This document shows positions 58,593 through 64,000 of a stretch of 64,000 bases of DNA, piece by piece. The DNA is taken from positions 121,210 through 185,209 of the forward strand of contig JBBTXG010000005.1 of assembly GCA_038062375.1 (NCBI GenBank), in the 5' to 3' direction. Positions within the stretch are counted from its first letter, which is position 1. Each line of letters begins with the position of its first letter. The position numbers and the translations under genes are program-made. The notes beneath the pieces are model-generated. The model made no database searches and had not been told where the DNA came from. It saw nothing but the letters and a program-made list of their open reading frames with translations. This DNA is from Patescibacteria group bacterium (lineage in GTDB: Bacteria > Patescibacteriota > Minisyncoccia > Minisyncoccales > UBA10102).

Positions 58593-61340
58593 AGGTGCCG
58601 AACAGGGCCGTAGATATGGACTCGCGGGCCCTACCAGCCTGTTATCCCCGGGGTAACTTTTGGTTGATGATCTTTGCGTTTTCTAAAAAAACACATCGGT
58701 TCACTAAGTTCTGGTTTCCCAACTGCTCGACATATCCGTCTCGCAGTAAAGCCGGCTTGTGCCTTTACACGACCGCTCCGATTTCCATCCGGAGCTAGCC
58801 GACCTTTAAACGCCTCCGTTACTCTTTAGGAGGCTGACGCCCCATCAAAACTGCCCACCACCTACTGTCTCCCTCGATAGGGATTAGTTTTATTATTTCG
58901 ACAGATGGGTATTTCACTGACGGCTCCTCTACCGCCGAGACGGCAGACTCAAAGCCTCCCCACTATGCTACGCAGTCAAAACAATAGAACAATAAGAAGC
59001 TACAGTAAAGCTCCCGGGGTCTTTCCGTCTAGCCGCAGGCTAACCGGCATCTTCACCGGTATTGCATTTTCACCGGGCTGCTCCTGGAGACAGTTCTCAA
59101 GTCGTTACGCCTTTCATGCGGGCCTGAACTTACCAGGCAAGGGGTTACGCTACTTTAACACGGTTATAGTTACCGCGGACGTTCACTGGGGCTTCGGGCA
59201 CTCACCCCGCTGCACAGCAGCGGAAATCCCAATTTCCAACGGTCATTGGAGTTTGGTCATTCCCGATGCTGTACATCGGAGCGGCACCGTTAACACTCCA
59301 GCACTGGTCAGGCGTCGGCCCCTATACATCCTCTTTTGGAGTTGAGCAGGGACCTGTGTTTTTGTTAAACAGTCGCCAGAGAAACGTTTGCTGCGACCGC
59401 CAACATTCTTCTCCGAAGAGAAGTTTTGGCGGTAGTCCTTATTGCGAACTTACGGACACTTTTTTGCCTAGTTCCTTCAGGAGGTTTCACCCGTTCACCT
59501 TAGTGTACTTACACTAAACCACCTGTGTCGGTTTACGGTACGAATTCCGCTCTCTCATTTCCGGAAAACTTTTCTAGGAAAGTTGCTCACTCAAATTTTC
59601 TTAGCCGAAGCTAAAAATTTTCTTGCCCCTTGGAAAATCCTTAGAGCAAAAACTCAAATCCATTTACAAGCTTGAGCTACTAACTTTCGTCCTTTTCCTA
59701 CAGAAAAAGCGGAAGGGCCGGAATATGAACCGGCTGTCCATCAGAAGGTACCATTCGGTACATCCCTAAGGATCGCCTAACCCTTGGATGATCGACATTG
59801 CCAAGGAAACCTTGGGTTTTCGGTGTACAGGGATCTCACCTGTATTGTGGTTACTCATGCCAACATTCTCACTCCTCATCGCTCCACCCTTGCCTTACGG
59901 AAGAGCTTCACTGCAATGAAGACGCTCCCCTACCGCAGAGTACCGTCTGGTACCCTGCCCTTATCTTCGGTATCAAGCTTGAGCCCCGTTAAATCTTCGG
60001 TGCAGAATTCCTTAGCTAGTAAGCTGTTACGCACTTTTTAAAGGATAGCTGCTTCTGAGCGAACCTCCTAGCTATCACAGGAACTCCACTTCCTTCCTAT
60101 GCACTTAGCTTGATTTAGGGACCTTAGATGAAGATCATGGGCTGTTTCCCTTTTGAGCATGGAGCTTAGCCCCCATGTTCTGACTCCCTTCTCTCTTTTT
60201 CCCCGCGGCATTCGTAGTTTGGTAAGAAAACCTGGATTGCTCCACGATATTCTTTCCAGAGCTCTACCTCCACAGGAAAGAGAAAGGGCTAGCCCTAAAG
60301 CTATTTCGGGGAGAACCAGCTATCACCAAGCTCGATTAGCTTTTCACTTCTTACCACAGCTCATCCCAAGGCATTGAATCGACCTACGGGTTCGGGCCTC
60401 CGACCGCCTTTCGGCGGTCTTCACCCTGGCCATGGCAAGCTCGCTTGGCTTCGGGTTTTACACGTACTGCGTTCGCCTCATGGGCGGATCGCGCTTTTCG
60501 CACTCGGTTTCCCTTTGCCTTCGTCCCAGAAGGACTTAGACTCGCAATACATATAAACTCGTTGGCTCGTTCTGCAAAAAGCACCTCATCATCCACCACA
60601 ACTTCTTTCGAAGATATTGGCGGACTCTGAGTCTTTGTAGGCGAAATGGTTTCAGGTTCTATTTCACCGCCCTCACCGGGCTACTTTTCACCGTTCCCTC
60701 ACGGTACTGGTTCACTATCGGTGATATCAAGTATTTAGCCTTGGCCGATTAGTTCGGCCTGCTTCCCACGAGACTTCCATTTCTCGAGGTACTTAAGATA
60801 TAGTAACGAGAAGTATCAAAACCCGTTTCACGTACAGGGCTATTACCTTCTATGGCCTACCTTTCCAGGTATGTTCTGTTACGGAAGTTTTGAATTTTTC
60901 CACTCCCCACCCTTTCGGATGTGCTACTACCTTGCAACCCCCTGCACCGTATTATAGTACAGAGTTTGGGCTTCTCCCTTTTCGCTCGCCGCTACTAAGG
61001 GAATAATGTTATTTTCTTTTCCTCCGCTTACTGGGATGTTTCACTTCAGCGGGTTCGCGTCCCACTTCACTCCTTACGGAGCTCTGCGGGACGACTGCGC
61101 TTTCGCGCAATCGAGTTTCCTCATTCGGACATCCTCGGATCAAAGGTTGCTCACCACCTCCCCGAGGCTTATCGCAGGCACGCCACGTCCTTCGTCGCCT
61201 TGATATCCCAAGGCATCCACCATCCGCCTATAATAATGCAATATGTCGGCTAGCAATTCTTAATCACTTCTTTTAATCACTTCCAAAATTTGTTGCGCAA
61301 ATTTTGGAGACCCCATTTTTCAGTTGTCAAAGAACTCACG

Positions 61341-61369
61341 AGAAAAGAAAAACCGCTTTTCGCAAGCGG
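61341..61369 (-). terminator. terminator-like hairpin in the rRNA leader / downstream of 61501-62193
   Basis: Minus strand reads CCGCTT-gcgaa-AAGCGG followed by TTTTTCTTTTCT. Confidence 0.5.
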
Positions 61370-61450
61370 CTCTTCTTCAAGCCAAAAAAGAGGTCGTTCT
61401 TTAGCCGCTTTTCATCTGTTTCGTTGTTCTTCTATTTCTCATGTGATTTT

Positions 61451-61479
61451 ATTTTAGCCGAAACAAAATATCCTGTCAA
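61451..61479 (-). promoter_or_regulatory. near-consensus sigma-70 promoter upstream of 23S
   Basis: Minus strand reads TTGACA-17 nt-TAAAAT. Confidence 0.5.
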
Positions 61480-61500
61480 TAGCGGCTATGCCAAGAATGT

Positions 61501-62193
61501 TCATTCCTTCATTTTACTCCTCAAGTCGCGCAAGATTTCTGCTGCAATCTCTCTGCCTCCCAGGCCAAACGCGAGCCCTCCTCCCAACGCAATCATCGCA
61601 ACAATCCCCACAAAGATCGTTTGAGGAAGGGCCCCTGCCAAATGGAGTTGATCCAAGACAACCACGATCGCCAAAATCCAAATCGACCATCGAATGATCG
61701 CTCCTATGATGCGTCCGTACCCTGCTTGAGTGCCTTCGATCGTAACGCGTAAAATCTTCTCGATAATATCAGCAAGAATAACGGCAACGATAAAAATGAA
61801 AGCAGAAACCACGATATTGGGCAAAAAAGTAAGAACGCGATCATTGAGAAGCCGAGTGAATTCCTTAAACCCTAAGATCTCCAAAGACGCCGAAAGGAAT
61901 ACGAAAACAAACAGCCATTTCGCGATTGATCCAATAAAACCGGCGGGATCTATTTTCAGATTTGCTTTCTCCAATGCTTGCTTCCAGTTCCCTCTCTCGA
62001 AAATTTGATTAAATTTTACTCTTCTCAAGATATCCATCACCAACTTTCCTATCCCTGCCGAAACAATCCATCCAATCACAAATACGATCACGGCTCCAAT
62101 CAATTGAGGAAGGAATCTCAAGAGAAATCCTTCCCACAAACCTCCAAGAGCGCTCGCTGTAATATCGTACCAATTTGATATTCCCGGATTCAT
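61501..62193 (-). CDS. membrane protein with repeated conserved-TM-helix (MscS-associated type) segments
   Basis: 230 aa with repeated LPxLIGAVIVFVIGWIV-like helices. Confidence 0.5.
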   Translation of the reverse strand: MNPGISNWYDITASALGGLWEGFLLRFLPQLIGAVIVFVIGWIVSAGIGKLVMDILRRVKFNQIFERGNWKQALEKANLKIDPAGFIGSIAKWLFVFVFLSASLEILGFKEFTRLLNDRVLTFLPNIVVSAFIFIVAVILADIIEKILRVTIEGTQAGYGRIIGAIIRWSIWILAIVVVLDQLHLAGALPQTIFVGIVAMIALGGGLAFGLGGREIAAEILRDLRSKMKE

Positions 62194-62269
62194 ACATTAT
62201 TTATTTCTATTCTCTCTCCTATTATACCTCTCCACAAAAACGACCTTTCTTATTGGAAAGGCTTCCTCT

Positions 62270-62593
62270 TCATCTTTTCTGGTGTTTCCTCTCCTCACGA
62301 ATTATCCTCGCCTTTCCCAAAATCGCATTCCTTGGAATCCATCCAAAACTTCTGCTATCTACACTGCTTTCTTTATCCAAGCCTTCTACCCAGTAAAGAG
62401 AACTCTGCTCTTTGCATTTCTCTTTCAGAATATATTTCAGTATCAGCCGATCTTCTTGAGAGTGGCGAATCACCACCACATCTCCGGGCCGAGGCCGAAA
62501 GAGAAGGTAGGACAATTTGTCGAGTAGAACAAAATCACCTTCTTTACACAAAGGTTCCATACTCTGTCCTCTTACAATGAAATATGCCAGCAT
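62270..62593 (-). CDS. sodX: S26-family Ni-SOD maturation protease
   Basis: 107 aa with GQSMEP (Ser nucleophile) and DSRSFG. Adjacent to sodN. Confidence 0.75.
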   Translation of the reverse strand: MLAYFIVRGQSMEPLCKEGDFVLLDKLSYLLFRPRPGDVVVIRHSQEDRLILKYILKEKCKEQSSLYWVEGLDKESSVDSRSFGWIPRNAILGKARIIREERKHQKR

Positions 62594-62647
62594 GACAGAC
62601 GACTAATGACCAGTACCATTATAGAGCTCATTGTCATAGGTTATAGG

Positions 62648-63112
62648 TTATTTCTTCTTCGCTTCTTCTGCCTGATTGAATAATTCCGCAATTCCCTCTA
62701 CCGCCCTCAAGAGTTCCTGCGCAGCTTCGAGATTTACCTCCTGCTTTACCTTCGAGCACAGTTTTGCAGCCTTCCAAAACATCTCATGCAAATTCGGAAA
62801 CATTTGCAAGTGCTCTGGCTTAAAGTAGTCGGTCCACAGAATCAAAAGCTCTGTCTTGCACCTTTGCGCATGCTCTTCTTTTACTTGCACGTACCTAACC
62901 ATAGCATTTATCTTTCCTTTTGCCTCTGCGATATTTGGTATTGGAAAACTTGGGGGTTCCAACTCTTGGATTTTTTCTACCATGCGAATTACTGTTCTTG
63001 CCGCGGTCAATGCTGGTTCTGGCGTATAAATCCCGCAGGGAATATCACAATGCGCAAAAACCTCTCTTGCGGGAAATACCTTATTGAGGAAACGAAAAAG
63101 GAAGCGCCACAT
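62648..63112 (-). CDS. sodN: nickel superoxide dismutase precursor
   Basis: Leader followed by the Ni-hook HCDIPCGIY, plus LWTDYFKP (compare Streptomyces LWSDYFKP). Confidence 0.88.
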   Translation of the reverse strand: MWRFLFRFLNKVFPAREVFAHCDIPCGIYTPEPALTAARTVIRMVEKIQELEPPSFPIPNIAEAKGKINAMVRYVQVKEEHAQRCKTELLILWTDYFKPEHLQMFPNLHEMFWKAAKLCSKVKQEVNLEAAQELLRAVEGIAELFNQAEEAKKK

Positions 63113-63272
63113 ATTACTTTAGTGTACCCTATCGAAAATACTCGTCAATAGAAAATGAACAACTGCTCACTTCTCGCCAGAACCGCAGGGTATTCGGTCA
63201 AGGAGAATAATAAACACCCGCTCTCGCCAAACTGGTTCGAGCGGGCTTATAGTCCAAAGATTTTACTCCTCG

Positions 63273-64000
63273 CTACTCTATGCGCTCACCTGTGAGGCGG
63301 AAATAAGCCTCTCGGTAGCGCTGGGAGGTCTTTTCCACCACATCTTTAGGTAGCTCCGGAGCCGGAGGCTCATGGTTCCAACCCTGGGAGTCGAGCCAAT
63401 CCCTGACATACTGTTTATCAAAGTTGGGCAACGAGCGTCCTGGCTCGTACCCGGCGGCATCCCAGAAGCGGCTGGAGTCAGGGGTGAGCAGCTCGTCTAT
63501 AAGGATCAGCTTCCCATTCAGAAGGCCAAACTCCATCTTGGTGTCGGCCAGTATGATGCCCCGCCGCTGGGCATAATCTTGGGCAAAGCTGTAGATAGCC
63601 AGGCTTTTCTCCTCTAGCTGGCGGGCCAACTCTACACCCACCATGTCCTCTACTTGCTGATAGCTCATATTCTGGTCGTGGCCCACCTCGGCCTTGGTCG
63701 TAGGGGTGAACAGTGGCTCTGGTAAGGCCTCTCCCTCTTTAAGACCCTGGGGCAACCTCTGGCCCCAGACAGTGCCATTCCGTCTATACTCGGCCCATGC
63801 CGAGCCTGCCAGGTAACCCCGTACGATACATTCGATATCGATCCTTTCGGCGCGCCTGACAATCATAGCCCGACTTGCTATCTCTGAAGGAAGGTTGGCG
63901 AGAACTTCGTTATCTCGATAGATAATCTGAACATGAGGAGCATCAGCAAAATCTGCAAAGTGAGTCTCCGAAACACTCCATATTTTCTTAAACCAGAAAC
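63273..64000 (-). CDS. purC: SAICAR synthetase (5' end beyond the window)
   Basis: IECIVRGYLAGS, LFTPTTKA and ILADTKMEFG. The frame stays open upstream of the track ATG to the window edge (...FWFKKIWSVSETHF...). Confidence 0.88.
   Translation of the reverse strand, partial: FWFKKIWSVSETHFADFADAPHVQIIYRDNEVLANLPSEIASRAMIVRRAERIDIECIVRGYLAGSAWAEYRRNGTVWGQRLPQGLKEGEALPEPLFTPTTKAEVGHDQNMSYQQVEDMVGVELARQLEEKSLAIYSFAQDYAQRRGIILADTKMEFGLLNGKLILIDELLTPDSSRFWDAAGYEPGRSLPNFDKQYVRDWLDSQGWNHEPPAPELPKDVVEKTSQRYREAYFRLTGERIE

Larger units (their letters stand above)
56518..61258 (-). rRNA. rrl: 23S rRNA interrupted by two group I introns (ends approximate; includes the terminal processing stem)
   Basis: The 5' end reads GGCGGATGGTGGATGCCTTGG. 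Peptidyl-transferase and sarcin-ricin region motifs are present (GTTCGGCACCT|CGATGTCGGCTCATCAC; AGTACGAGAGGACC). GTCGGCTAGCAATT at 61245-61258 pairs with 56518-56531. Confidence 0.93.

Noticed and set aside
58905-61203. Numerous ORFs of 60-146 aa in the track within 56618-61624.
   Set aside because: They lie inside or against 23S/5S rRNA sequence and are spurious. Only the two intron-encoded LAGLIDADG ORFs are supported.
61316-61345. Second candidate promoter (TTGACA-18-CAAAAT) just upstream of 23S.
   Set aside because: The -10 box is weak, and the TTGACA overlaps a boxA-like GTTCTTTGACAA. It is kept only as an alternative within the leader finding.

Overview
Gene-dense window, almost entirely minus-strand, from a small-genome bacterium. 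Gene content and organisation look like Patescibacteria/CPR; this is an inference from short housekeeping proteins, intron-bearing 23S rRNA without a linked 16S, and many membrane-anchored hypotheticals. The standard genetic code appears intact. Recognisable blocks are: tkt-gnd-zwf plus a thiol-redox cluster (1-3840); an F1Fo ATP synthase operon atpBEFHAGDC carrying three extra inserted ORFs (4567-12113); tgt, ychF, xseAB, pyrH-like, holB, mreB and murA (18978-28112); a ribosomal-protein/rpoA/infA cluster (29589-33419); alaS, mnmA, tpiA, pgk and a recJ-like gene (38126-46259); a VirD4-like ATPase module (46278-50390); secDF, greA and PBP2-mreDC (50424-56221); a 23S-5S rRNA unit with two group I introns encoding LAGLIDADG endonucleases (56320-61258); and a Ni-SOD with its maturation protease (62270-63112). 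Two things stand out. First, a RAYT/IS200-like Y1 transposase gene is tightly bracketed by two identical 25-nt perfect palindromes. Three further copies of that palindrome are dispersed in the window, one of them in frame inside a CDS, so this looks like a REP/RAYT-like system. Second, five sharply bounded GC-rich, GC3-rich genes (three secreted proteins including an RTX-repeat protein, an rpoD-type sigma factor, and purC) sit in an otherwise lower-GC backbone. There is also an unexplained 127-nt structured element closed by a perfect 19-bp stem upstream of the atp operon. I saw no CRISPR array and no tRNA gene. All calls rest on reading the sequence and translations by eye; no searches were run.
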